Of a DNA stretch of 64,000 nucleotides, positions 10,847-21,892 are shown in pieces. Every line of letters begins with the position of its first letter. The stretch's first letter is position 1. The notes beneath the pieces are model-generated. The model was not told the origin of the DNA and did no database searches. It worked only from the letters and a program-made list of their open reading frames with translations. The DNA is from a virus, in IMG/VR virus record IMGVR_UViG_3300044530_000662, positions 32,001 to 96,000 of that record; one strand, given 5' to 3'. Made by a program: the position numbers and the translations under genes.

Positions 10847-13800
10847 TATTGATTTACTTTTACAAAGTTATTATATTCAAGAGTATTTTGTACATCTATA
10901 TCATCCATGAAACCATTTACTAAACTGTTTCTTATATCAGTTAGGTTTTCACCAATGTAACCATAGTTTGCTCTGTAAGGTACTTTTTCCATTATACCTT
11001 TGTCTGGATTATATTGAGGATATGTCATAGTAACTATGTAGTCTCCTGTTCCTAATTTATTTTTTTCAACTTTGAAAGATTTCATAGGATCTCCACCAAT
11101 ACTGTTAAGCTCATACTTGTCATGATAATCTACATATGATTCTATTGGTGATTGATATGAAGACTTATACATTGAGCTATTCATTTTTTTACCGTCCATC
11201 ATATATGAAATACCATTTTTAAGTGCAGCTTGTGCTTGACTTGGCATGAGTAATCCTGGTTCTGTTACTACAACATTACCATTTACAGTTTTTGTTTTAG
11301 CAGTATTAGCTTTAATCCATTCAATATTTGGATATATAGTCACAGCAGATAAATCACCTGAACCTCCAGCAATAGGAGTAACTTTCAATTTAAATGTAGA
11401 TAATGAAGATTTAGGTTTATGCATGTCATTAATAAATTTATCCATGAAAGCTTTACCTAAATTATTATTTTTGTCTCCAACTTTATCATAAGCATCTTTG
11501 GATATACCATTAACACTTACTCTATCTGTACTACTTCCCCAATCAAAATTCTTTAAGTCATTTACAACTTCACCAAATTTAGCTTTACCTATTGTTAAAC
11601 CTTTAGGATTAACAGATATTACTGAAGATCCCGTAGTTGATAAACCTGTTCCTGGATCAATTGGACCACTTCCTAATCTAATAGGTGGTGTTTTAATTAC
11701 TTTAGCATTACTGTAAGCTTCACCTGCTTTAGTTACTAAATAATTGTAATCTATTTTTTTACTTGCTGATTCATCAATAGCACTTGCTAACCAATTCCCC
11801 GGTCCAATTTTATCAAGATTAGATATAAATCTTAGAGCCCAACTTGTTGCTGAACCCATTATTGAACTAGGATTTAATTTAGCTGTTGCATCAAGAGCCG
11901 TATCCCATGCTTTTCTTGTAGCTTCATCTTTTATTTTAGAACGGAGCATCTTTAAATCTCCAGGTGATATATTACCACTTTTTAAAAGCTCTTTATAAAA
12001 TTCATTTTTAGTTCTTAAATTACCATTGTCATCATGTAAATACTTAGCATTTGTAAGACCATCTCTAACAAGTTCTGTTGTAACAGACTTACCAGCTTTT
12101 CTATGCCATTCTTCATCTGTTTTTATATACATCATGTAATCTTGCATTTTCATATTAGCATCTCTATATTGTTTATATAGAGGAGTCTTAGAACCATTAT
12201 CAGTGAATAATGAAGTCTCACGAGATTCACTAACCCACTCATTCATGTTTGATCTAATCTTACTAATACCTTTACTACCTACATGTTTTCTTAACCAATT
12301 GTCTCCATATTTGTCATACTTATCAATAAACTGTTGAAGTGTAATACCTTGATTTTTATTATACCCAAGTATCTGACCTACTTTTTCTTTAGTGATTTTA
12401 CCAGAAGTTAAAGCTTTATCTAATACCATAAATGTTGATTTGAAGTAAGGATCTAGATATTCTTGTTTAGTCATATCCGATATCTTTTTACTTGTCTTTC
12501 TCATGTTACCAGTATCTGTAGTATTCCCTTCAGTAGTAAATTCTGTAGTAACTGTATTTTGATCTTCATACTGAACTAAGTTACCGTTCTCATCTCTGTA
12601 TGCTGTACCATTTTCAATAGCCTCTTTTTCAATATCTTGTTGTCTTTTAAGATCACTTTTATATTTAGCTACTCTCATTGAAGATGATTCTCTAGCAGCA
12701 AGTAATTGCATGCTATTTTTTTGTTTCTCATCTAAAATCTTATAAGGGTTAGCTTCAATATCAACTTCCATGTCTTTATAAGCAAGTACATTAGCTATCT
12801 CATCTAAGCGTTTCTGCATTATAAGAGATGCCATACCATTGTCTACTTTGTATCTTAATGATTTAATATCTCCATAAGGATTAACAAAAGTACCACTTCC
12901 AGCAGAAGTAGCTGACTGACCACCATTCAACATTTTTGATTCAGCTTCAGCTCTTGTCAATACTTTATCATTAATATCCTTATTCATTTGATACTGAGCA
13001 AGCATTAGCTTAGCATTAGGAGAAGCTGTACCATTCTTTATTTGTGTCTCAAGATCTTTAATGTTATTCTCATATACAGTACTATTAGCTTGCAACTGTT
13101 TATATCTTAAATCACTTTTCTCTTTAAGAACATTAAAGCTGTTCTCAAGATATTTCATCTCAGCTTTATTCTTATCTCCACCAAATTGTGCAGCATTAGC
13201 AGATGCATAATCTTTTCTATCTACATATGCTTGCATTTTGTACATAGATTCAATTGAAGGATCATCACCTAATGATGCTTCTAATAACTTTTGCATAGGT
13301 TCAGTAAGAGCTTCACCATTTTTAGTTTTAACTATAAACTTACCTCCATCAGTAAACTCTACTTTTTCAACAGATATACCTGCGTCTTTAGCAATCTTTC
13401 TAGCTTTTTCACTAACATCAACACGGGAAACATACTCAGCATTTTGAAAACTCATTGCTTCATCTGATGTAGCAGCTTTAAACTCTTCTGTTAAATAGTT
13501 AACTCCTCTAACACCTTCTTCCCAATACTGACTTTTATCTTTCTCATCAGTAGAGTTTCTGAATATATCAGCTCTATTTAATTGATTGTTTTTGTTTTTA
13601 GTCCAAGCCATGTCTTTCATTAACAGCTTGTCTTCATAAAATGGTTTAAATACTTGTGTTGCTTGATTTACATTTTGCTCCAAAGAAAGATCTAATTGAG
13701 AAACTTTTTTTAATTGAAAATCAATATTTTTTAAATAGCTTTCTTTTTTCTGAGTTGTGTCTTCTCTTGTTAAGTCAGCATAATAATACTGACTATACAT

Positions 13801-13935
13801 TTTATTTAATGCATTCCAATTTGTATCATACTGAGTTTGCTTAGTCTGCATGACATTAGCATAAAAGTTCAGATCTGGTTGAAATGGTTGAACCTGTGGA
13901 ATATAGTCTGTGACCCCTTGTAAATACGTAGCCAT
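10846..13935 (-). CDS. 1029-aa helical virion/ejected protein
   Basis: ORF track; helical/coiled-coil composition; directly upstream of and overlapping the giant gene. Function inferred from synteny only. Confidence 0.6.
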   Translation of the reverse strand: MATYLQGVTDYIPQVQPFQPDLNFYANVMQTKQTQYDTNWNALNKMYSQYYYADLTREDTTQKKESYLKNIDFQLKKVSQLDLSLEQNVNQATQVFKPFYEDKLLMKDMAWTKNKNNQLNRADIFRNSTDEKDKSQYWEEGVRGVNYLTEEFKAATSDEAMSFQNAEYVSRVDVSEKARKIAKDAGISVEKVEFTDGGKFIVKTKNGEALTEPMQKLLEASLGDDPSIESMYKMQAYVDRKDYASANAAQFGGDKNKAEMKYLENSFNVLKEKSDLRYKQLQANSTVYENNIKDLETQIKNGTASPNAKLMLAQYQMNKDINDKVLTRAEAESKMLNGGQSATSAGSGTFVNPYGDIKSLRYKVDNGMASLIMQKRLDEIANVLAYKDMEVDIEANPYKILDEKQKNSMQLLAARESSSMRVAKYKSDLKRQQDIEKEAIENGTAYRDENGNLVQYEDQNTVTTEFTTEGNTTDTGNMRKTSKKISDMTKQEYLDPYFKSTFMVLDKALTSGKITKEKVGQILGYNKNQGITLQQFIDKYDKYGDNWLRKHVGSKGISKIRSNMNEWVSESRETSLFTDNGSKTPLYKQYRDANMKMQDYMMYIKTDEEWHRKAGKSVTTELVRDGLTNAKYLHDDNGNLRTKNEFYKELLKSGNISPGDLKMLRSKIKDEATRKAWDTALDATAKLNPSSIMGSATSWALRFISNLDKIGPGNWLASAIDESASKKIDYNYLVTKAGEAYSNAKVIKTPPIRLGSGPIDPGTGLSTTGSSVISVNPKGLTIGKAKFGEVVNDLKNFDWGSSTDRVSVNGISKDAYDKVGDKNNNLGKAFMDKFINDMHKPKSSLSTFKLKVTPIAGGSGDLSAVTIYPNIEWIKANTAKTKTVNGNVVVTEPGLLMPSQAQAALKNGISYMMDGKKMNSSMYKSSYQSPIESYVDYHDKYELNSIGGDPMKSFKVEKNKLGTGDYIVTMTYPQYNPDKGIMEKVPYRANYGYIGENLTDIRNSLVNGFMDDIDVQNTLEYNNFVKVNQ

Positions 13936-13997
13936 AATTTATTTTATCTATGATGTAAAAATATCAACATTTTTTAAGTTTACTAAACCTTACAGGT

Positions 13998-16190
13998 TTA
14001 AAGAAAGATTGGCCAGTCTGTATAGATGTAACCTCTTTGAGTAGCTCCTCCTTTTTTAGACTTAAATTTATTAACTACCATTTTACCAGCAACATCAGGG
14101 TCTATTCCTTGCTTTATTAAATCTGCATAGTATTCACCTTCTTCTTGAGCAGGTTTTTCTGGATTAAACTTTTTGTCTGTTGGAGTATAAACAACTTTAC
14201 CACCTGGGCCAGCAAGAGTCTGATAGTTAGGATATAACTGATTTAATGCATCTGTTTTCCATTTATTAGTAACAGCTGTATTATATTGATTTCTCATATT
14301 AGCTCTACCAGCTTTAATAGAATTATCAAACTGTTGATTAGCAATAGTATTTTTATCATATACTCTGTTAGCCATTGCTTGATTAAGCATGTTCTCTTGG
14401 TTTCTTACACCAACTTGATTAGCTTCAAACTGATTAGCAACATTAACATTCTGATTATTAATATTAGAAAGAGTGTTAGCAGCTTGTGCAGCTCCTTGTC
14501 CTTGTATTGCAGATAGTCTAGCTCCTAATGCTTGAGGTCCTGCAAACTGAGCAGTAGCTTGTGAAGCAATATTAGCTTGTTCTGATTGTGAAGCAAGTTC
14601 TCTTGTAGGATCTAAGAATGTAGGTCTTGGTTCTTCAAGATCAACTCTTGCTTCCCAAGGCATATATTTCTTAGTACTCATAAGATCACCAAATGCACCC
14701 ATAGTATTTACAGTATCTTGCAACCACCATTGAGGTTCTGTTCCTGGAGGAGTTTCAACATCTGCTTCAGCTTCTGCAGTTTCACAGTCTTTACAAGTAC
14801 CATCTTCATTCATACCGGGATCAGATCCATCTTCACATTCACATCTTTTCTTTTCAGTAGTACAAGGAAGACAATTACCATCAGCATCTTTACCTACCAT
14901 GTAAGTTTCTCCAGTTTTTTCATCTTTACATTCACATTCTGTTTGTGAGATTTCTTCTGGTACTGTTTCAATAGCTTCTTCTTTTTCTGCAAATTTTTCT
15001 TGAACGTCTGCTGTATTACATCTATCAAAGATTGCTTTTGATGATGGTCCCGGTGCCATGTGAGTTTTAAACTTATTTTTTTCTGAAGGCACGGTAAGTT
15101 CCTCATAAGTAGCTCCTGCTTTAATCATATCACAAATAGAACCCTCCCATGCTTTTTTATTAAAGGTACCACTACCACTTCCTGATTTAGCTTCTTTAGC
15201 AGCTTGTCTTTGAGCAGCAGCTGTTTTATTGTATTTATATTCCCCTTTAGCATCTTTTCTAGTTTCCCAAGTACTTTTACCATAGTCCTCTCTACCAACC
15301 TGTTTTGTATTAACAGGTCTACCATCAGCAGCTTGAGGCAAGTAACCTCCATAGGCCATCTCAGTAGGATTATATGGGAACATGTAGTCTTGTTCTAACA
15401 TACCTCCCATTTGCATCATAGTATCTTCTTGTGGCATACCCATTTGATCAGGAGACATTCCTGGTTCCATAGTTGCCATTTGCTCTTGTTCTTCAGGTTC
15501 TATGTTAGGTTCTTGACCTTCATCTTCAGGACCTTGTTGTTGCATCTGTTGTTTTTGAATTGCAAGTTCTGGCATTATTTGTTCTGGAGTAATTTTATTA
15601 GCTTCCATATAAGGTTGAGCAACAGCAGGAATTCCTTGAGGGAATCCTTTCTTACCTTCTTGAGCTAATGCTAAAGCACCTAACTTAATAGTATAGTTCT
15701 TAATCATTAACTCAGCTGTTTTTCTTGCTATTGCATCTGACTCAGGATCTTGTAATACTTTTCTATATTTATTAATGTCATACTGTTTTGATAATTCAGC
15801 CGGAGTGTATCCACCTTTCTTAACCGGCTTATTAAACATTTTAAGTATAGCAGGATCACTAATCTTCATAGATTGTGTATCACTATATATAAAACTATCA
15901 TCTGGAAGATTTAATGGTACACCACCACTATGGTGACGGGGTCCTTTAATAGTATAGAATGATGGCATGTCACTACCATCAATATTTCCTATTACAGTTT
16001 CACCACCTTCAGCTTCTAAGTTAGCTTTAGATCTTGGAACTGCAGATATTGTTTTTTTAACCTCAGAAGGTTTCTGACCAATATATGCATTGTAGTCTGC
16101 ACCACCCATTGCTGGAACATCATTTACTAAGCTTCCTTGAACTTGATATCCAGTTCTAGCCTGTGGTAATTTGGTTATTCTTACTTTCAT
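13998..16190 (-). CDS. 730-aa virion (cargo-like) protein with N-terminal EAEGGE...GPRHHSGGV domain, Q/M/E-rich linker, Cys doublet module and GG motifs
   Basis: ORF track. The ExEGGE/GxxHxxGGV motif is one I recognise from crAss-like virion proteins; position just before the ejected-protein genes. Confidence 0.55.
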   Translation of the reverse strand: MKVRITKLPQARTGYQVQGSLVNDVPAMGGADYNAYIGQKPSEVKKTISAVPRSKANLEAEGGETVIGNIDGSDMPSFYTIKGPRHHSGGVPLNLPDDSFIYSDTQSMKISDPAILKMFNKPVKKGGYTPAELSKQYDINKYRKVLQDPESDAIARKTAELMIKNYTIKLGALALAQEGKKGFPQGIPAVAQPYMEANKITPEQIMPELAIQKQQMQQQGPEDEGQEPNIEPEEQEQMATMEPGMSPDQMGMPQEDTMMQMGGMLEQDYMFPYNPTEMAYGGYLPQAADGRPVNTKQVGREDYGKSTWETRKDAKGEYKYNKTAAAQRQAAKEAKSGSGSGTFNKKAWEGSICDMIKAGATYEELTVPSEKNKFKTHMAPGPSSKAIFDRCNTADVQEKFAEKEEAIETVPEEISQTECECKDEKTGETYMVGKDADGNCLPCTTEKKRCECEDGSDPGMNEDGTCKDCETAEAEADVETPPGTEPQWWLQDTVNTMGAFGDLMSTKKYMPWEARVDLEEPRPTFLDPTRELASQSEQANIASQATAQFAGPQALGARLSAIQGQGAAQAANTLSNINNQNVNVANQFEANQVGVRNQENMLNQAMANRVYDKNTIANQQFDNSIKAGRANMRNQYNTAVTNKWKTDALNQLYPNYQTLAGPGGKVVYTPTDKKFNPEKPAQEEGEYYADLIKQGIDPDVAGKMVVNKFKSKKGGATQRGYIYTDWPIFL

Positions 16191-16200
16191 TATATTATAA

Positions 16201-19197
16201 TTATAAGTATTCTACTTGTCCTCCATTTGCAATGAAGTCTGCTAATTCTTCTTCTGTCATATCTACTATAGCACCTTCAGTATAATTTGAAGATCCTCCT
16301 TGTTGAGCAGATCTACTTCCCCAGTTCTGACCTTGTTCATCTGGTCTATATAGTCCTTTATCAGTTCCTGAAATTACATAATCTCCACGGTCTCTACTTG
16401 GATCAGAAGCATAAAGATTATCAGCTGTAAGATTTTCATACATCTTAGCTTGTCTCTTATTATTTTTTGCTCTATCTATAAAACCAGCTAAACCTTCTAT
16501 ACCAGCATTTGCTGAAAGAATGGCTCCTTGATTATCACCTAACCATTGCTTTTTATTTTTGTAATCTACAGAGTATTCATCTGGTTCATAGTTAGCTTCT
16601 TCTTGTAGTTTTTTTCTGCTATCCATCATTAACTCTTGTCCAACTTCTTTACTACTTCTTGTTGGTAAAGTAAGTTTACTATTAGCTGGATTGTTTTCCA
16701 TACTTACAGGAGTTTCATCACCTAGTAAAGCTTGTGGTAAAAATCTATTTAAACCACCATATTGATTTTTACCTAAAAAGGCTTTAGAAGGATCTATAAC
16801 CCTAGCTGGTGTATTATTTACAGGTTCTCTTTTTTCTACCTGATTAGCTTTTAAACCAGGTCCATAATATTGAGCACCTACACCAGGAGTATCTTGATAT
16901 GACCAGTTTCTATTTTTAGCTTGTTGCATATACTCAAGATTACCTAATCTAGGTGTAGTATCAGTAGTTTCTGGAAATTCTTCTTCTCCTCTACCTACTT
17001 CTCTAGCAGTTCTTCTTTCACCTTGTCTTATTTGTCTTTGAGCACTATTAGATAAACCTTCTGTATTTGAGAATTTTCTTTGTTCATCTTTTGTTTTAGG
17101 TGCTTGTTCTTTAGATTTAGCGGCAGCTTTTGATGTACTATCTTGAGTAAATGAATTTGTACCAGCAAGTCTTCTATCTTCAGGTTTACCAGAAGGATTA
17201 TTGTTATAAGTAACTGTGTAGTTTTTAGGTCTTCCAAAAACACCTGTCTTAGTTACATTGATATCTTTAATTAAAGCATTAGGATTGTACCCTGGCATAT
17301 TAGCAAACTGTTGACCAGTAGCTTTGTTATAAGCAGGACGCATCATTTTTGAATAATAACCTCTTTGTGGTAAGTTTGCTGGGAAATAGTTTCTCATCAT
17401 AGCTCCCCAGAATCCACCACCAAACTGTGCTTCTGGCATATAAGGATCTGATGTATCTTTAGAATACATATCATCTATGTCTTCTTGAGATATCTCTTCA
17501 TCACCACCAGACATAAATCTTTGAAGATTTCCAAATTGATCTGGCATAGGATTATCTATAACTCCACCTTGTTGTTTTTTATTTAATGAATTACCAACAA
17601 ACTTTGTTCCATCCCATACATCTGTATTCCTATAATATCCGGGATTACCTGTTACCCTCATTAGATAATCACTATTGGTCTCACCAACTTTAGGTGGATT
17701 TTTTCCAAATAGTTCAGTAACAGCTTCAGGAACATTACTTTTTTCTTGAGTAGTTGTAGAAGCAGGAGAAGTTCCCCAAGTTCCAGCATCTCCAGCAGCT
17801 GTTGCAGCAGCTCTCATTTCTTCTAATGTTGGTACACCAGCTGATTTAGCTGTAGCATCTGTACCTGTTGCTTTTGCAACTTCTTTGGTTGCTTCATTAT
17901 TAATAGTGGTTCTTACCTTTTCAGTAATTAATTTTCCTGGAGTTTTTGTAGTTTTAGCTTTATATCCATAACCATAAGCCTGTGATAATAAAGGATTATT
18001 TGCTAATTGTACTAATGGATTTTCTCCAAACTCTACAGTATATTCTTTTGGACCACCAAAGATACCTGTTTTACGTACATCAAACTTTGTTATAGGGCCC
18101 ATCATACCTGGTGCTCCACCAGGAAGATGTTTAATAGCTCTATTCATTCTTCTCATAGCTCTTCTTTGTTGACCACCAAACTGCATTTCATCCATACCTT
18201 CATAGTCTTCTGGTATAAATTGTTGTAGCTGAGGTTGAGGCATCATCATTTGTTGATGCATAGCTTGCATTTGCTCAAATTGTTTTTCTGCTTCTTCTTT
18301 AGCAATAGCCATATTGCCTTCTTTCTTAATAGAGCCAACAAAAGCATCAAGTCTATTTTTTCTTAAATCATCTCCTCTAGGATCAGCATCAGAAGCTTTT
18401 ACATCTGCTTCAGAATCTTCACCTCCCATTTGTTTTTTGACAAGTTTTAAAACAGAGTTGACATAACCTTTTTTAGTTTTAAAACCACCCATTTTAAATT
18501 CTTCTGGATCAACTGCAGGATCAACATAATCTGCTGAAGACTGTTCATCTATAGCTTCTTCTGATTCTTCAGGACTAGCCCAAGCAATATCAGCAGCAGC
18601 ATTAGATAAATACTGCTCCATTCCGGACGGTAAATATTCTGATACATCAGGGAATACAATTTGTTGTTGAGGACCAGACCAAGTGTTACCATCATTATTC
18701 ATTTCATTGAGGTAATCTTCTTCTCCGCCATCTTGATATCTTGGTGTACCACCATATCTCATCATGTCTTCATCACCAAGATCCATTACATCTATCTCTT
18801 CATCATCCATAGCAAGATCTGTGTTACCTCTAATCTTGCTCATAGGTTTATTCTCATTAAGAACTTCTTCTTCTACTTGTTCTTGAGCTTCTTCCTCTGA
18901 GTTATCTTCTTCTTCTTCTTCGGGTTCATCTTGATCAATTTTATTCTGAAGTATACCATATACTTGTTGGACATACTGATTAGCCATAGCTGGATCCAAG
19001 TTATATGCATTAACAAGTTTAGCAACAATAGCTCCTTCAGGAACTTCATTACTTATGTCTTGGTAAATAATTTGCATTAACTGTTCTTCTCCTGATGCTT
19101 GTTGTTCTTGAGCTTGTGCACCCGGATATCCTAATTGTTCAATAGATGGTTGACCACCTTCTTGAGCTTTATAAAGTCTTACTCTTCTTTTTTCCAT
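16201..19197 (-). CDS. 998-aa low-complexity acidic protein with 12 xQxGG-type motifs (putative internal/core polyprotein)
   Basis: ORF track. Motifs: AQEGG, MRYGG, YQDGG, FKMGG, KQMGG, MQFGG, KQQGG, FMSGG, AQFGG, NQYGG, AQQGG, IANGG. Confidence 0.6.
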   Translation of the reverse strand: MEKRRVRLYKAQEGGQPSIEQLGYPGAQAQEQQASGEEQLMQIIYQDISNEVPEGAIVAKLVNAYNLDPAMANQYVQQVYGILQNKIDQDEPEEEEEDNSEEEAQEQVEEEVLNENKPMSKIRGNTDLAMDDEEIDVMDLGDEDMMRYGGTPRYQDGGEEDYLNEMNNDGNTWSGPQQQIVFPDVSEYLPSGMEQYLSNAAADIAWASPEESEEAIDEQSSADYVDPAVDPEEFKMGGFKTKKGYVNSVLKLVKKQMGGEDSEADVKASDADPRGDDLRKNRLDAFVGSIKKEGNMAIAKEEAEKQFEQMQAMHQQMMMPQPQLQQFIPEDYEGMDEMQFGGQQRRAMRRMNRAIKHLPGGAPGMMGPITKFDVRKTGIFGGPKEYTVEFGENPLVQLANNPLLSQAYGYGYKAKTTKTPGKLITEKVRTTINNEATKEVAKATGTDATAKSAGVPTLEEMRAAATAAGDAGTWGTSPASTTTQEKSNVPEAVTELFGKNPPKVGETNSDYLMRVTGNPGYYRNTDVWDGTKFVGNSLNKKQQGGVIDNPMPDQFGNLQRFMSGGDEEISQEDIDDMYSKDTSDPYMPEAQFGGGFWGAMMRNYFPANLPQRGYYSKMMRPAYNKATGQQFANMPGYNPNALIKDINVTKTGVFGRPKNYTVTYNNNPSGKPEDRRLAGTNSFTQDSTSKAAAKSKEQAPKTKDEQRKFSNTEGLSNSAQRQIRQGERRTAREVGRGEEEFPETTDTTPRLGNLEYMQQAKNRNWSYQDTPGVGAQYYGPGLKANQVEKREPVNNTPARVIDPSKAFLGKNQYGGLNRFLPQALLGDETPVSMENNPANSKLTLPTRSSKEVGQELMMDSRKKLQEEANYEPDEYSVDYKNKKQWLGDNQGAILSANAGIEGLAGFIDRAKNNKRQAKMYENLTADNLYASDPSRDRGDYVISGTDKGLYRPDEQGQNWGSRSAQQGGSSNYTEGAIVDMTEEELADFIANGGQVEYL

Positions 19198-19255
19198 GTA
19201 ATTACTTATATATTAAATATAATAAATTTTATTTTAACAGGTAAACTTAATAAGT

Positions 19256-21892
19256 TTAGTCTACATATTCTATTACCCAACCTCCTTTTTTGTATTCATC
19301 TATTTCTTCTGGAGTAAGATCTAATTCTATAAAGTTATTTACATCACCTCCTTTTGCATAACCTGTAGCATCAAGTATAGTTTTTGAATAATAAGGATCG
19401 GGTCTTGATAAAAAATCTGTGGGTGCAGTTATACTATTTAAAAAACCTTCTTTAGTAGCTTGCATTCTTGTTGGTATTGAATAACCTTTTTTTCTAAGAT
19501 CTTCAACAGTTATATTATTTTTCTTTATAAATTGTTTAGCCTCATCATCCATATCACTGTATGGATCATAAGTTAATGCAGCAGTTGCGGCACCTGCACC
19601 ACCTACTACAGGTATTGCTTTACCAAATTTTTCAGCAACATTTTGTAAACCAGCTCCTGTAGTTGACCATTGAAATTCATTGTTTAATAGCTTTTGCTTA
19701 TTAATATCTACATATCTATTTGAAAAAGGTAGTCTTCTATTTAAAGATACACCTTCATCTAATAAAGATACTTCAGTTAATGGATTACCTGTAGTCTTAG
19801 ATTGTAAAGGAGTTAAAGCATTTTTTTTATTAAAAGTTCTTCCCATAAAACCTTGTCTCATAGGATCTCCAAGAACTATATCAGAATTATCTACTGCATC
19901 ATCAAACTTTGCAGCATATATATCAGTATTAGTTCTATTCATTTTAGTAGTTATTGGATCAGCTTGTCCTTTACCTATTACATTTTTTGCTTTTCCTATA
20001 ATACCTTGTTGTTCAACAAGATTACCATTCTTAATATTCTTATTAATTACATTACCTAAAGGCTTAACAGCTCCTTCTAATTTTTTACCATAACCAGGTA
20101 CATAATTTAAAGGACTAATTTTATTTAAAGTTTTATTAAGAACACCCATAGATGGTGAAACATATGCTTGGTCTAATAAATTAGCTCCTACTTTATTTGA
20201 AGGCCCTACTGCATTTTTTAATAACTCTGGAGAAATACCTGCATTTAATGTACCACTGGTATTTTTAGTAGGTATTGTTTTAGCTACATTACTAATATTT
20301 TTAGTTTTATCACCAAGTTTGGATAAACTACTAATTCCTTTAGTACCAATATTTGTTAAACCTTTTAAATCAGTTCCGGCCATAAATGCTTCACCTAAAT
20401 TTAAAGCTGCTTGTCCATAATTGCCTTTATTTGCATTTACTGCAGAAGATGTTGCATAAGAAGCAGGATTAATTATATTAACTAAATCATTAATTGGATT
20501 ATTATCAGCACCTGTTATTTTTTTATAATATTGCTGATTAGTATTTTGATCATCTCTCAAAGCACCAGATTGACCCATTAAAGGTCTATTACCAGACATA
20601 GCATTAGCACCTGTAAGTATAGGATCTGCCATAAATGCACTTACAGCATTTCCTGTTTTTTGTAAAATACCTGCATTGTCATAAGCTTTTTGTTCATTTT
20701 GTTTAAACTCTTCTAGCTTATTCTCATCTATTTTTTTTAAAAAATTAGGATCTGTTGTTAAAGCTTCTCTTGTAAGTTGCTCTAAAGATTTAGTATTATC
20801 TTTTGCAAAATATTTATCTTTTAATAATCTAGCTGCATCACCAGATGTTACTAAAGAATTAACTTTATTATCAAACTCTTTTAAATTATCAGATAAAGAC
20901 AAAGGTTTATCTAAACTGTTTTCTATATGTTGTACTTTTGGAATACTACTATTACTATTTACTTTTTGTATTTCAGTAGTTTTTTTAGCTACTGGAGGAT
21001 TCTTTAATGTTTTTATAGCAGCTGCTTTTTTTGTTGAATCTAAAGGATCAATACTTTTTTTAGTTTCTTGAGGAGCTGTAAAAAAATTACTTACACAAGA
21101 TTTAGAATTACTATCCCAACGGTAACCTTGAGGACAAGTATTTTTTTGTAAACCTGTTTGTGCTTTTATTAACTCTGGTACAGATATATCTTCTACTACA
21201 TAACCACCATCTTTGTATGCTTGTATCTCTTCAGGGGTAAGATCTAACTCAATGAAGTCATTAACATCTCCTCCATTTTGTTTTTTAGTCATAGGATCAA
21301 ATCCATTAACAAAAGCATTATAGTTTACTCTATTATCTCTTAATGGTAAATTAGGTATACCACCTACATTAAAGTTATCTCTATTACCAATAAAGTTCTG
21401 AGATACTCCAGTACCTAAAGGCATACCATATTCTCCACCTGATGCATAATACTTAGCATTAGGATCAAATACTTTTCTTTTTTTATCCTTTGGTTTTTTA
21501 AATAAATTATTCTCAGTAAATAATTTATTAGTAGCATCTAAGCTTCTAGAGTATGCTTTAGATGCTAAACCTTTTTTACTAGGTTTAGGCATAACAACTA
21601 ATTTTTTCATATAACCTCCTCTTTTCATCTGAGGATATTCATCAACATAGTCTGCTTCAGGAAACATATATTCTTGACCTGGATACATCATCTGTGGTTG
21701 ACCTACGTTAGGTTGTGCATATACAGGATATGGTACTCCTTGCATAGTTATATTACCACCAGGTATTCTTGTATTTTGTCCAGGAAATTTCCATTGTCCT
21801 GCAGGATCATAGATTATGTCCTTTGATTTTTTAGGAGCTTTGGCTTTAGTCAACTCCTTAGTTGCTTTTTGTAATATTCTGCTGTTACCCAT
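19256..21892 (-). CDS. 878-aa modular protein with GG motifs and a duplicated ELDLTPEEI module (putative internal virion polyprotein)
   Basis: ORF track. Motifs: MKRGG, YASGG, FNVGG, KQNGG, YKDGG, YAKGG, YKKGG; internal repeat. Confidence 0.6.
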   Translation of the reverse strand: MGNSRILQKATKELTKAKAPKKSKDIIYDPAGQWKFPGQNTRIPGGNITMQGVPYPVYAQPNVGQPQMMYPGQEYMFPEADYVDEYPQMKRGGYMKKLVVMPKPSKKGLASKAYSRSLDATNKLFTENNLFKKPKDKKRKVFDPNAKYYASGGEYGMPLGTGVSQNFIGNRDNFNVGGIPNLPLRDNRVNYNAFVNGFDPMTKKQNGGDVNDFIELDLTPEEIQAYKDGGYVVEDISVPELIKAQTGLQKNTCPQGYRWDSNSKSCVSNFFTAPQETKKSIDPLDSTKKAAAIKTLKNPPVAKKTTEIQKVNSNSSIPKVQHIENSLDKPLSLSDNLKEFDNKVNSLVTSGDAARLLKDKYFAKDNTKSLEQLTREALTTDPNFLKKIDENKLEEFKQNEQKAYDNAGILQKTGNAVSAFMADPILTGANAMSGNRPLMGQSGALRDDQNTNQQYYKKITGADNNPINDLVNIINPASYATSSAVNANKGNYGQAALNLGEAFMAGTDLKGLTNIGTKGISSLSKLGDKTKNISNVAKTIPTKNTSGTLNAGISPELLKNAVGPSNKVGANLLDQAYVSPSMGVLNKTLNKISPLNYVPGYGKKLEGAVKPLGNVINKNIKNGNLVEQQGIIGKAKNVIGKGQADPITTKMNRTNTDIYAAKFDDAVDNSDIVLGDPMRQGFMGRTFNKKNALTPLQSKTTGNPLTEVSLLDEGVSLNRRLPFSNRYVDINKQKLLNNEFQWSTTGAGLQNVAEKFGKAIPVVGGAGAATAALTYDPYSDMDDEAKQFIKKNNITVEDLRKKGYSIPTRMQATKEGFLNSITAPTDFLSRPDPYYSKTILDATGYAKGGDVNNFIELDLTPEEIDEYKKGGWVIEYVD

